64,000 bases of DNA from Bryobacterales bacterium (GCA_965219585.1 CBDCOA010000003.1:1233375-1297374), one strand, 5' to 3'; positions 27,598-36,831 are shown, numbered from the stretch's first letter. Made by a program: numbers and translations. The notes: generated by a model not told the origin, from the sequence alone.

Positions 27598-30465
27598 ATG
27601 ACACCGTACGAGTTCATCGCCAAGTGGCGAGCCTCCCAGTTGAAGGAGAGCTCTGCGTCGCAAGAGCACTTCATCGACCTGTGCCGGATGCTCGGCGAGC
27701 CGACACCGGCCGAGGCCGATCCGACCGGTGAGACGTACTGCTTCGAGCGGGGTGCTCGCAAAGACACTGGCGGGGACGGCTGGGCCGATGTCTGGAAGCG
27801 CCACCACTTCGCTTGGGAGTACAAGGGGCAGCACGCGAACCTCGACGCCGCGTTCGACCAGCTGCGGCAGTACGCGCTGGCGCTGGAGAACCCGCCGCTG
27901 CTGATCGTCTCGGACATGCTACGGTTCCGGATCCGCACCAACTGGACCAACTGCGTCTGCAAGACCTACGAGTTTGGACTCGATGACCTTGCCGACGCCG
28001 CAGCTCGCGACCTCCTCAAGTGGGCGTTTTCAGACCCGGAGCGGCTGCGGCCAGGCGAGACCCGGCAGGCACTCACGGAACGTGTCGCGGCGTCCTTTGC
28101 AGCGCTTGCGCACTCGTTGCGCGAGCGCGGCCACGACCCGTACGCGGTCGCGCACTTCGTCAACCGGCTCGTCTTCTGCATGTTCGCGGATGACGTGGGG
28201 CTGCTGCCGAGCCACATGTTCGCACGGATGCTGGAACAGGCGCAGCGCACGCCGGCACAATTCGCGGCCCTTGCGGGCAATCTGTTCCGGGCGATGGCCA
28301 CTGGCGGCCTAGTAGGATTTGAGCCGGTCGACTGGTTCAACGGAGGGCTGTTCGATGACGCCACTGCGCTACCGCTGCAGAAGTCCGACATCGACATCGT
28401 GCTTGCCGCATCGCGCTTGGACTGGTCGGAGATCGACCCGTCGATCCTCGGCACCCTGTTCGAGCGCGGGCTGGACCCTGACAAGCGCGCCCAACTCGGG
28501 GCGCACTACACCGACCGCGACAAGATCATGCTGCTGGTTGAACCGGTCGTGATCCGCCCGTGGCTTGCCGAGTGGGCCGCGGAGAAGGCGGAGACCGCCG
28601 CCGGGCTGGAGAGTGCCGAAGCAGCCAAGTCACCGGCCACTCGCACGAAGCGGCGGAACGAGGCCCAGCGGCGGTACCGGGCGTTCCTCAATCGCCTGAG
28701 AGCGTTCACGGTGCTAGATCCGGCATGCGGCTCGGGCAACTTCCTCTACCTCGCCTTGCAGGCGCTGAAGGACTTGGAGCACCGCGTACAACTCGAAGCG
28801 GAGGCGCTGGGCTTCGAACGGGCGTTCCCGGAACTCGGTCCGGCCAACGTCAAGGGCATCGAGATCAATCCGTATGCGGCTGAGCTGGCCCGGGTGTCGG
28901 TCTGGATCGGCGAGATCCAGTGGATGCGACGCAACGGCTTTGCTGAGGGCCGCGACCCGATCCTCAAGCCGCTCGACACCATCGAATGCCGCGATGCGAT
29001 CCTTGCGCCGGACGGCACCGAAGCGGAATGGCCGGAGGCGGATGTCGTGATTGGTAACCCGCCGTTTCTGGGCGCGTGGCGACTGATCGCGCACCTCGGT
29101 GAGGACTATGTTTCCCGAATGTCGACGGTCTACGCGGGTAGGGTATCTGGCGTAGCGGATCTTGTCTGCTATTGGTTCGAGAAGGCCGGGCGACAGATCG
29201 CGTCAGGAAGGGCGCGGCGGGCCGGACTCGTGGCAACGAATTCGATCCGGGCTGGCGCCAATCGGAAGGCGCTCCACGTGGCGACGAAAGCACGCCCGAT
29301 CTTTGAGGCGTGGAGCGACGAGCCTTGGGTGATCGATGGTGCCGCCGTCAGGGTGTCGTTGGTTTGCTTTGGACGCCCCGATGACATACCGGCTGAGAGC
29401 CGACTCGACGGCCAGTGCGCCGAAGAAATCTATACGGACTTGACGGCGCGGCGTGGCAGTATCGGCATCGACGTCACTGCGGTTCGGCGGCTCCAGAAGA
29501 ATGCTGGGCTCGCGTTTAGGGGCGACGAGAAGGGTGGCGCTTTCGATGTCGAAGGCCATCAGGCGCGTGAGTGGCTCCGGCTGCCAGCGAATCCGCACGG
29601 CCGAAGCAATGCGGATGTCCTGAAGCCTTGGATGAACGGGATGGACCTTACCCGGCGGCCAGCTGGGAGATGGATCGTCGACTTCGGGTGGACAATGGCG
29701 GAGGCCGATGCGGCCCTGTACGAAGAGCCGTTTCGATGGGTGCAGGACCATGTATACGATGTCTACATGAGCAAGCCGCGAGGGCCCCGAAGCAAGCCTC
29801 GTCGCAAGCACTGGTGGCGACACGCCCGCCCATTCCCCGAGATGCGGCAAGCACTTGATACCGTAACGCGTTGCGTCGGAACTGCGCGCGTCGCAAAGCA
29901 TCGCCTGTTCGTGTGGCTCGACGCGCGTGTCTGCCCGGACTGCAAGGTCGTCGTCATCGTACGCGATGACGACACGACTTTCGGACTCCTGCACAACCGA
30001 TTCCACGAACTCTGGTCGTTGCGACTGGGTAGCTGGCATGGAGTCGGCAATGATCCGGTCTATACCCCGAGCACGACGTTCGAGACGTTCCCGTTCCCGC
30101 CAGGCCTGACGCCGGACATCCCGGCCAGCGAGTACGCCGACGACCCGCGGGCCATGGCTGTAGCTCATGAAGCCCGAAGGTTGGTCAAGATGCGGGATCG
30201 CTGGCTCAACCCACCGGAGTGGGTCGAGTGGGTGGATGAGCCGGTGCCCGGCTACCCAAAGCGGCCAGTCCCGCGCAACGAAGGCTCCGCAAAGGCTCTC
30301 AAGAACCGGACGCTCACAAACCTGTACAACTCCCGGCCACAGTGGCTCATGGACGCGCATCAGGCGCTTGACGCGGCTGTGGCAGCCGCGTACGGCTGGC
30401 CCGCAGACATCTCAGACGACGACGTTCTGCGCGCGTTGCTGGCGCTCAACGGCGGTGGTCAGTGA
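27598..30465 (+). CDS. Type IIL (MmeI-family) fused restriction endonuclease / N6-adenine DNA methyltransferase
   Basis: 955 aa. The N-terminal nuclease motif D-X9-E-X-K (GWADVWKRHHFAWEYKG) has the same spacing as MmeI (VDLFWPGILLIEMK, recalled from memory). Also the helical linker LVFCMFADD, SAM motif I VLDPACGSGNFL, motif IV NPPFLG, and a long C-terminal target-recognition region. Confidence 0.8.
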   Translation: MTPYEFIAKWRASQLKESSASQEHFIDLCRMLGEPTPAEADPTGETYCFERGARKDTGGDGWADVWKRHHFAWEYKGQHANLDAAFDQLRQYALALENPPLLIVSDMLRFRIRTNWTNCVCKTYEFGLDDLADAAARDLLKWAFSDPERLRPGETRQALTERVAASFAALAHSLRERGHDPYAVAHFVNRLVFCMFADDVGLLPSHMFARMLEQAQRTPAQFAALAGNLFRAMATGGLVGFEPVDWFNGGLFDDATALPLQKSDIDIVLAASRLDWSEIDPSILGTLFERGLDPDKRAQLGAHYTDRDKIMLLVEPVVIRPWLAEWAAEKAETAAGLESAEAAKSPATRTKRRNEAQRRYRAFLNRLRAFTVLDPACGSGNFLYLALQALKDLEHRVQLEAEALGFERAFPELGPANVKGIEINPYAAELARVSVWIGEIQWMRRNGFAEGRDPILKPLDTIECRDAILAPDGTEAEWPEADVVIGNPPFLGAWRLIAHLGEDYVSRMSTVYAGRVSGVADLVCYWFEKAGRQIASGRARRAGLVATNSIRAGANRKALHVATKARPIFEAWSDEPWVIDGAAVRVSLVCFGRPDDIPAESRLDGQCAEEIYTDLTARRGSIGIDVTAVRRLQKNAGLAFRGDEKGGAFDVEGHQAREWLRLPANPHGRSNADVLKPWMNGMDLTRRPAGRWIVDFGWTMAEADAALYEEPFRWVQDHVYDVYMSKPRGPRSKPRRKHWWRHARPFPEMRQALDTVTRCVGTARVAKHRLFVWLDARVCPDCKVVVIVRDDDTTFGLLHNRFHELWSLRLGSWHGVGNDPVYTPSTTFETFPFPPGLTPDIPASEYADDPRAMAVAHEARRLVKMRDRWLNPPEWVEWVDEPVPGYPKRPVPRNEGSAKALKNRTLTNLYNSRPQWLMDAHQALDAAVAAAYGWPADISDDDVLRALLALNGGGQ

Positions 30466-30492
30466 CCAAGATGCAGAGAGTGTTGATGCCAG

Positions 30493-30527
30493 CAACGTTC
30501 CCGCCCGATTTCGTTTCGGAGCGCTGT
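30493..30527 (-). repeat. right inverted repeat of the IS1595-type unit
   Basis: The reverse complement reads GACAGCGCTCCGAAACGAAATCGGGCGGGAACGTT. Confidence 0.75.
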
Positions 30528-30988
30528 CGTATGTGCCGCAGTTGATCTCGCTGGAGAGCTGGTGCCGGATTTCGAGCTACACGCCGAGGAAGTACTACAA
30601 GAGGCAGGTGCTTCAGCCGGCTCCGCGGTATCTGTAGGCTTGGGCCGAGTCCGGTCTGCCTCGCTGCACTGAGCAGATCAGCGCAGCTTCAAGGGCTATA
30701 AGGCGTTTTCAGCTGCGGAATCTAGGTTAACCGGAAGGCCCGGTGCTCACCGCTAATGCTTGTGGTCTGCTCTGGCTTGGGCTTGTGACTCACCGGGATG
30801 TCCGCAGCGACCGCAGCGTGGCATCGGGCCGAAATGGTAAAGCGGCATATCCCTAAACTGCCGGTGCTCTTCCAAGATTCCGGGTGGCGTACCACGAACG
30901 TGTTTAGGATGTGAGGCCCAAGCCGTAACTGACGATAAGTGATAGTCGATGTGGCAATCTGTTCGATAATTCCCGGACGCGGTGAGGC

Positions 30989-31783
30989 CTAGAACGAGAA
31001 TCCGATCGTGATCTGGACTTGGTTCTTGGACAGATGTGGATCGGCGTCGGTGGCCCAGCGCGTGTAGCTTACTTGCGGCGAGAGGGTCCATTTCCGCCAA
31101 TGCGCGTCGAACCCGATGGCGGCGACAACGCCGTGGTGCGGGTCGTGGATCCGCTTGTAGGGTAAGCGGTTGTACTCGATCCAGAAGGCCGGGCCGGCCC
31201 CGACGAACGGCCGGACTCTCGCCGCCTTACCCTCCAACGCCCCGAAGCGGTACTTCAGCAGGACCGGGATCTCCCAGATGTCTTTGGGCTGGCGCCAACT
31301 CCGGTCGAAGTCAGCGTAGTAGAACCGCAGTCCCGACCCGGAGTACCGGCGCTGGCTCGGCTCGGTCCAGATCGTATCGGTTGCCTCGACGAGCTGCCGG
31401 AGCAGGACGGAGGCCTGCAGCGAGACCCGGTCGGTCAGCTCCGTTTCTGCGAAGATGCCGAGGAGCGGTCGCGAAGGAAACGGCCGCAAATACGAGGCTC
31501 GGCTCACGTTGTGCGCCACCAGGGGCGGCAGTCCCAGCACGGTCGAGCCGTCGTCCGTGACGGTTCCCACATGGTTGATGCCGAGAAACCCCGTGCGGTA
31601 GTCAGGGGTCAGGGTGTAGCCCGCGACCAGCCCCAGCGTCAGCGTGCTGCCGAAGGGGAACCGCCCTGGCGGGTCGTCACTGCGGCCTGCCCGGCTGTGC
31701 GACGCCTCCTCGGCCGCCAGCGGCAGCGCGGTCGCGAGCACAGCCAGGCAGGCCATCGCCCAAGCATGGGAATTACGGATCAT
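30989..31783 (-). CDS. outer-membrane beta-barrel protein (porin-like), unknown specificity
   Basis: I took the start at MIRNSHAWAMACLAVLATALPLAAEE (signal peptide). Alternating amphipathic strands and a C-terminal ...VQITIGFSF (aromatic terminal residue). Confidence 0.55.
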   Translation of the reverse strand: MIRNSHAWAMACLAVLATALPLAAEEASHSRAGRSDDPPGRFPFGSTLTLGLVAGYTLTPDYRTGFLGINHVGTVTDDGSTVLGLPPLVAHNVSRASYLRPFPSRPLLGIFAETELTDRVSLQASVLLRQLVEATDTIWTEPSQRRYSGSGLRFYYADFDRSWRQPKDIWEIPVLLKYRFGALEGKAARVRPFVGAGPAFWIEYNRLPYKRIHDPHHGVVAAIGFDAHWRKWTLSPQVSYTRWATDADPHLSKNQVQITIGFSF

Positions 31784-32501
31784 CTTCCTTCTCCTGTTCC
31801 TTCTCCTGCAGGATCTCCAGCAACTCGATGTCATAGACGAGCGTGGATCCGACCGGGACCTTCGGATGGACGAAGTCGCGGTGCGGCAGGCAGAGCAGGC
31901 GCAGCCGGGATCCGACCCGCATGCTCAGCAGCCCCTCTGTCAGGCAGGGCACGGCCGCCCGCGAGACGCTGATGGCCAGCGACTTGCCCGGCTGCGTCCG
32001 CTCGAACACGGTGCCGTCAGCCAGGCTTCCGCTGTAGGTGATCTTGACCGAGTCCGGCAGCTCGGGCCGGGCTCCCGATCCGCCCCGGACCCGAATCGCG
32101 ATGGCCCCGGAGGGCGTCTGCACCGCGTCTTGGCGCGAGGCAAGCACCTCCTTGCGGTACGCCCTGCCGGCGCGCTCGCGCTGTTGGAAAGCGCTTTCCG
32201 TGCGGGCTGCGGCCAATGCATCGATTCTCGCCCGGCATGCGTCGGCGGACACGCGCGGCGAGCGATCCAGAACGCCGTCTGCGAGTCCCTTGGATACCAG
32301 CTCGAGCTCGGACCCGGAGAGGCGGAACCCGCTGACGGCCTCGGCCAAGGAAAGTCCCAGTGCATAGAGCGTCCTGTCATCCTCGGTGGCGAGTTCCGAC
32401 GCTTCCGGCTGCAGTGCCGGAAGGAATGAGGCCATGCACAGAGCCAGCCAAGCGACTCCGCATGCCGCTGGCAGCCAGTCCGCGAATCTCCCTGCGGGCA
32501 T
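31773..32501 (-). CDS. FKBP-type peptidyl-prolyl isomerase, FkpA/Mip-like (divergent)
   Basis: N-terminal YALGLSLA..... dimerisation-like region. C-terminal FKBP pattern V.T.SG.....V..G.G..P...D.V...Y.G.L.DGTVF......G........VGS.L.L..P......P.VP..STLVYDIELLEI. Several canonical active-site positions differ. Confidence 0.65.
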   Translation of the reverse strand: MPAGRFADWLPAACGVAWLALCMASFLPALQPEASELATEDDRTLYALGLSLAEAVSGFRLSGSELELVSKGLADGVLDRSPRVSADACRARIDALAAARTESAFQQRERAGRAYRKEVLASRQDAVQTPSGAIAIRVRGGSGARPELPDSVKITYSGSLADGTVFERTQPGKSLAISVSRAAVPCLTEGLLSMRVGSRLRLLCLPHRDFVHPKVPVGSTLVYDIELLEILQEKEQEKEDDP

Positions 32502-32502
32502 G

Positions 32503-33084
32503 TCAGAACCTCGCCAAGCCCGCACGCCGGGCCGCGGCTGTGACGCGCTCCGCCTCGATCAGGACGATCTGCAGTACGGAAACCGACTTGCAGGTGCTGG
32601 CCGAGGACCCCAGCAGGGTGAAGTCGAGTTCCAGCAGCTTGCCGCGCCCAACGAATCGTGCCGACGCGATCTTGTGTGTCGGCTCCCACGAAAGATCGGA
32701 GTAGGCTACTCGCGGCTTGAGCCGCCAGCTTCGGTTCGCTAGCAGGGCGAAGAGGTACGAACCTTCCCGCGCCCTATGGCAAGCGCGAAGGCCGTGCGGC
32801 CTGTGCAGCTTGCAGACTGTCTCGTACGGCCTGCTGAAATTTGAGTCCCACTGGTAGCGCAAATTGATCGATCCCTTCTTCATAGGTTTCGGGCGCTTCT
32901 TTCTCGGCCCGATACCGTTGAAAAGCTTTTCGCAGACACAGAATCGGTCCGTGTAGCCGCAATCCGGCTTTCCGTGGTAGAACCCCCGCTCCGAATCTCC
33001 GGGGCTCTCGGGCGGTTCTTGAGCGGGACTGGATGTTGCCAGAGCCAAGGCCATGGCGATCAGGGCGGTTATGCGGATGAGCAT
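32503..33084 (-). CDS. secreted hypothetical protein with Cys-rich N-terminal segment
   Basis: I took the start at MLIRITALIAMALALATSSPAQE (signal peptide). Contains CGYTDRFCVCEKLF, ends ...GLARF, and its stop lies 1 nt from the FKBP start. Confidence 0.5.
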   Translation of the reverse strand: MLIRITALIAMALALATSSPAQEPPESPGDSERGFYHGKPDCGYTDRFCVCEKLFNGIGPRKKRPKPMKKGSINLRYQWDSNFSRPYETVCKLHRPHGLRACHRAREGSYLFALLANRSWRLKPRVAYSDLSWEPTHKIASARFVGRGKLLELDFTLLGSSASTCKSVSVLQIVLIEAERVTAAARRAGLARF

Positions 33085-34376
33085 GTTCTTTGCATCCTTC
33101 GCGCAGGGCTGCTCGCCCTCTGCCTCTCTCATGACCTAACGCTCGCCGGAGCCCTCCGATCACAGATTTTTTTGTGCCGTCCGCCACCCGTGGCGTGCAT
33201 GCCAGCAATGCCCACCCGTCCCCGGGCTTTCACAGGCGCCGGCTTGGTCCAATAGGGCCTCTGCTTGCGGAGAGCTGGATGCCGGCCCGCCGGCTACACG
33301 GGACTACAGGCTGATCGCGGAGGCGTTGGGCAGGCTCTCGAAGCACTGAGGCCACGGCCGGTGCGCAAGGCGTGCGAACCGCCACGGCGGGTGTCGACGA
33401 TCTGATCCGATCGGTCCCATCATGGGGCCAGCCGGAGCAGGGGGCCTTAACCCTGCGGCAGCTACGGCTTCTAAGCTTGCCCGCTCGGCTTCCTCGCGCT
33501 CGGCTCGCCCGCGAGCGTGCTCCAGATCGTAGTTGGCCTGCCGCCATAACCACAATCTCGCGCTGCCCCACCTGATCGACTCCAGCTTCAATGTGGGGGC
33601 GGGAGAAATTCCGGATTGTCCGTGAATCACAGGCGAAAGCGTCTTGCGGCCCGATCCTAGTCCCACAGCGGCATCGCTCACATTTCGTGCTCCGCCGCAG
33701 TCCACAGTGTTCGGCCCGACGCTGTCGATGCCCTCGGGATGGAACTTGCGTCAGGACGAACGAAGCCACCGGGCCCGGCGAGAGTGCGGCTTCCGCCGTC
33801 CGACTAGGCGTCCCACACGAACTTTCCGTCTACCCGGAGACTGGGCATAGGAAACTCGTCGGCTAAATCGAGAGATTGCAGCCCCGAATTGTCGCGCCCG
33901 CAAAAAAGACTGTGATGATTTGCCACTTCGGGAGTCTTGATAAGTAGAGTTCGCGACATGCATGCTTGCCTAATTCCCTTGTTTTTCAGGTTCCAAGATT
34001 CGCGCTCATGCTAGCGGGGATATGCCTATGTGGCCTGTTGCCACCGCTCCAAGCGCAGAAGCTGGTCAGTCTCCCCCTCGAGTGTTGTCGAGGTTTAGGA
34101 ATGACCAGAGGGCTGTCAACGGTATGAGCTTGTCAAGCGGACGAACGATATCGAACAAAACCGGAAACCTCCGCACCACTCACCACACCGTTCTAGCGGA
34201 ACGGCCGTTGATGTTGGCGGCAATGGAGGACATGGCTCGATCCCAGCCGAGCTGCTGGAAGACTTTGTTGACGATTGCAAGGATGCGGGCGCTTCTCGCG
34301 CAGCTGTCGAAGGATCTGGCGTTCAACGCCACGTGCACTGCAACTGGTAACGCACCAAATGGAACAGGGAGGTATC

Positions 34377-35444
34377 ATGCTTCGTTTCACTAGCTCAGTC
34401 GCTTGGCTGACCATCACTATGCAGTGCTTTGCTCAAGAAGCGCTGCCTAGGGTGAGTTTCCTGTCATCGCCGGTCTGCGGCTCGGTCGAATCCGAACCAC
34501 TCTCTTCGCAAGAAGAAATCAAGAGACTTCTAGCAGAGCTCCCGCAAGGGATGGAGCGAGACATTGCCCGACAACTCTTGAACGAAGTTTCTGGAGGACG
34601 CCTCGAGGGCTTTTGCCGCGATCCGCAGAGTGGGGAATTCGTGGCGGCTTCCTCCGGTCGCACGGAAACAGGATCAAGCCAGGTCCGAGTTGCCTTGGGG
34701 AACCGCAGCTTGCCGCGACTCCAAGTTGACGTTTCCATGCTGCCCGAAGGTGTTGGCTTCGGTTACGCCTACCGTCTGTCGAACGGAGTTGGTGCGATGG
34801 CCCCGATCACGACTTGGGGCCTGATGACCCCCTCTACGGGTCGCACGGCGAGGATGACGCATCCAAGCTGGCTAGTCGGGGTTTCGGAGCCACGCTCCGA
34901 CCGAGTCTTGACGGTGACCGCTCGGGAGAGCACAGCAGCAGCCGTGGGGCCAACGCCAAACGCGGGTGGAAGTGACTTGTCTCGCTGGCAGGCGCCATCC
35001 GACCGACATGCGATCCAAGCTGGAGAGAGCCTCTCTCAGTTTGCCATTACGTCGGACCTGCGGCCGGGCTGGACTATGGCATATGTCGGTTCCGACAATG
35101 CCATCGAGCTCCCGCAGCAAGAACTCTCGGAGGAGGTCAGGTCTGGGCTGGACACGCTGTCCAAGCCGGAGCATTACTACACTCCGGTATTGACCATTGG
35201 CCCGAAGTTCGGTCCGGGCACTGATCGGACTTGGATTGCGGGAGACTGGCACGTTGGCGTCCAGATGATGGTTTCCGCCGGTCATCTGTCGGCAGGATCG
35301 CCGTACGTTGTCAAGCTGCTCGGCGCACTCGCGCACATCGCAGCCTCCGCGCCAGAAGCGCAGATTGCCTTGGAAGTTGGGGTCCCTCCGAGCCGGGACG
35401 CGGAAGCTCTTCTCGACAAGGCTGTCCGCATGGCACTGCGTTGA
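34377..35444 (+). CDS. secreted hypothetical protein, paralogue A
   Basis: SD GGGAGG lies just upstream of ATG 34377, followed by a hydrophobic N-terminus. Homologous along its length to the next ORF, with shared blocks Y.Y.(L/V)SNG(V/I)GA, PGWT.AYV.S, IGP(K/R)FG, W.(V/I)G(V/I)Q.M(V/I)S.G.L...SPYV and LLDK..RMA. Confidence 0.65.
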   Translation: MLRFTSSVAWLTITMQCFAQEALPRVSFLSSPVCGSVESEPLSSQEEIKRLLAELPQGMERDIARQLLNEVSGGRLEGFCRDPQSGEFVAASSGRTETGSSQVRVALGNRSLPRLQVDVSMLPEGVGFGYAYRLSNGVGAMAPITTWGLMTPSTGRTARMTHPSWLVGVSEPRSDRVLTVTARESTAAAVGPTPNAGGSDLSRWQAPSDRHAIQAGESLSQFAITSDLRPGWTMAYVGSDNAIELPQQELSEEVRSGLDTLSKPEHYYTPVLTIGPKFGPGTDRTWIAGDWHVGVQMMVSAGHLSAGSPYVVKLLGALAHIAASAPEAQIALEVGVPPSRDAEALLDKAVRMALR

Positions 35445-35471
35445 AGGGATGCTGCTCAGAGAGGTCCAGGG

Positions 35472-36629
35472 GTGTCATTGACGGTTCCGGCAAGAGATCG
35501 ACGAATCCTTGCGTGCCTTGCTCTGGTGTTCTCCATCGGACTGTCGGCAAGGGCTCAGCGGGTGGGGGCCGTCCGGGGCTGGTTCTCGACGCCCAGCTGT
35601 GTATCGGGCGCTGCACCTGTGCCGGGAATTGATGTCGAGGACGGGGCTGCCGACAGGCGGGATGGGTCACCGGCTCTTGCCGAACGGGCTCGCACGATCG
35701 TTAGGTCATTGCCTCAAGGTCGAGCGCAAGAACTGGCGCAAGCACTTGCTCGCTCGCTAGCGCCCAGAAGGCACCTGCGGTACGTTTGCAAGGACGAGTC
35801 CGAAACAGGATATGTGATTCGCTATCCGGAAGATCTCGGGACCGAATTCGTTTCAGAGGCAGAGTTCGTCGAATTCGGCTACGAAGTGCCCAATCTAGGG
35901 CGTCCGGAAATTGAGTTTAGTGTCGTTGCCGTTCCACGAGATGGGACCTTCATCTATTCGTACCAAGTGTCCAACGGAATCGGAGCAACGCGCTCGATCC
36001 GCGCGTGGGACTTCGTGTCTAGTCCAGACGACCGCTCTCTACGATTGGAAGATCCTACCAATTGGAACAGCGGCATTCCCGCACGCGGGTCTGGGGTAGT
36101 ACCGCAGGCTGCGCTTTACGAAGACTTGAGTGGCCCCGAGCTAATGCAGTTGGATTCTCGCGGAAAACTATCCGGCTGGGTTGGGTTAGGTGAGGCTATT
36201 GATCCGGGAGAAACGGCAGGGAGCTTTATGGCTACCTCTAGTTTCCTGCCTGGGTGGACCACTGCCTATGTGAGAAGCAAAGTCGACCTAGAGAAATTCG
36301 CTCTTCCGTTTTCCTTCGGAGAGTTTCCCGAAGCTGTGCAGGAGGAGATACAGTTCTTGAATCGGCGGGAGAACAGGCTTTCGTCCTTGCCAATCATTGG
36401 CCCTAGATTCGGTATGGATGCAGGACGGGAAGCGATTGCAAGGAACTGGCAAATAGGAATACAGACGATGATTTCTCACGGCTGGCTGATGGATGAATCT
36501 CCTTACGTTGCGGAACTCGTGCAGTTCTTGAAGGATCCATCGCAGGTCGATGTGAGTGCAAGTATCAGGTCCGAACCGATGAAAGGCATGGAGTCTCTTC
36601 TTGACAAAATCATTCGCATGGCTTTCTAG
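35472..36629 (+). CDS. secreted hypothetical protein, paralogue B
   Basis: GTG start with signal peptide RRILACLALVFSIGLSARAQ. About 52% GC in a hand-counted 100-nt sample (36301-36400). Paralogous to 34377-35444. Confidence 0.65.
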   Translation: MSLTVPARDRRILACLALVFSIGLSARAQRVGAVRGWFSTPSCVSGAAPVPGIDVEDGAADRRDGSPALAERARTIVRSLPQGRAQELAQALARSLAPRRHLRYVCKDESETGYVIRYPEDLGTEFVSEAEFVEFGYEVPNLGRPEIEFSVVAVPRDGTFIYSYQVSNGIGATRSIRAWDFVSSPDDRSLRLEDPTNWNSGIPARGSGVVPQAALYEDLSGPELMQLDSRGKLSGWVGLGEAIDPGETAGSFMATSSFLPGWTTAYVRSKVDLEKFALPFSFGEFPEAVQEEIQFLNRRENRLSSLPIIGPRFGMDAGREAIARNWQIGIQTMISHGWLMDESPYVAELVQFLKDPSQVDVSASIRSEPMKGMESLLDKIIRMAF

Positions 36630-36831
36630 GCGCGGGCCGTCACGGCGAGGCAGAGCACGATTCATTGGAGAGGCCGCCCTCGATTCCATCGCGCTCAAGG
36701 ACAAGGCTGCCGGCGACACCGAGAGCGTCCGGAATGCCCCCGCATGCACAAGTTGACGGAGTTGTTTCGGCAACAGGCCTAAGCGATTCGAAGGAGCACC
36801 AGTCCGGCGCGCAGGGCCGGGATTAAGCGGC

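Larger units (their letters stand above)
26791..30527 (+). mobile_element. IS1595-family-derived unit: IRs + internally deleted transposase + MmeI-like R-M cargo gene
   Basis: 35-nt terminal inverted repeats match at 31/35 positions (26791-26825 against the reverse complement of 30493-30527). Transposase remnants lie at the left. The cargo stop codon is 27 nt from the right IR. Confidence 0.7.

Noticed and set aside
29203-30360. 385-aa minus-strand ORF inside the R-M gene
   Set aside because: It lies entirely within the well-supported MmeI-like ORF on the other strand and has no recognisable motifs.
30753-31100. 115-aa minus-strand ORF with RCGRCGH (zinc-ribbon-like) between the IS1595 unit and the OMP gene
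   Set aside because: Its first third overlaps the 3' end of the OMP gene in another frame. The non-overlapping part has only one late Met (31 aa). It is possibly a remnant, and I cannot support it as a gene.
33230-33769. 179-aa minus-strand ORF (and 33304-33705) in the gene-poor segment
   Set aside because: Extremely Arg/Ser/Cys-rich with no motifs. It is treated as non-coding or decayed DNA.
34022-34393. 123-aa plus-strand ORF upstream of paralogue A
   Set aside because: It overlaps the SD and start of the better-supported 34377 gene, and has no signal peptide or motif and an odd composition.
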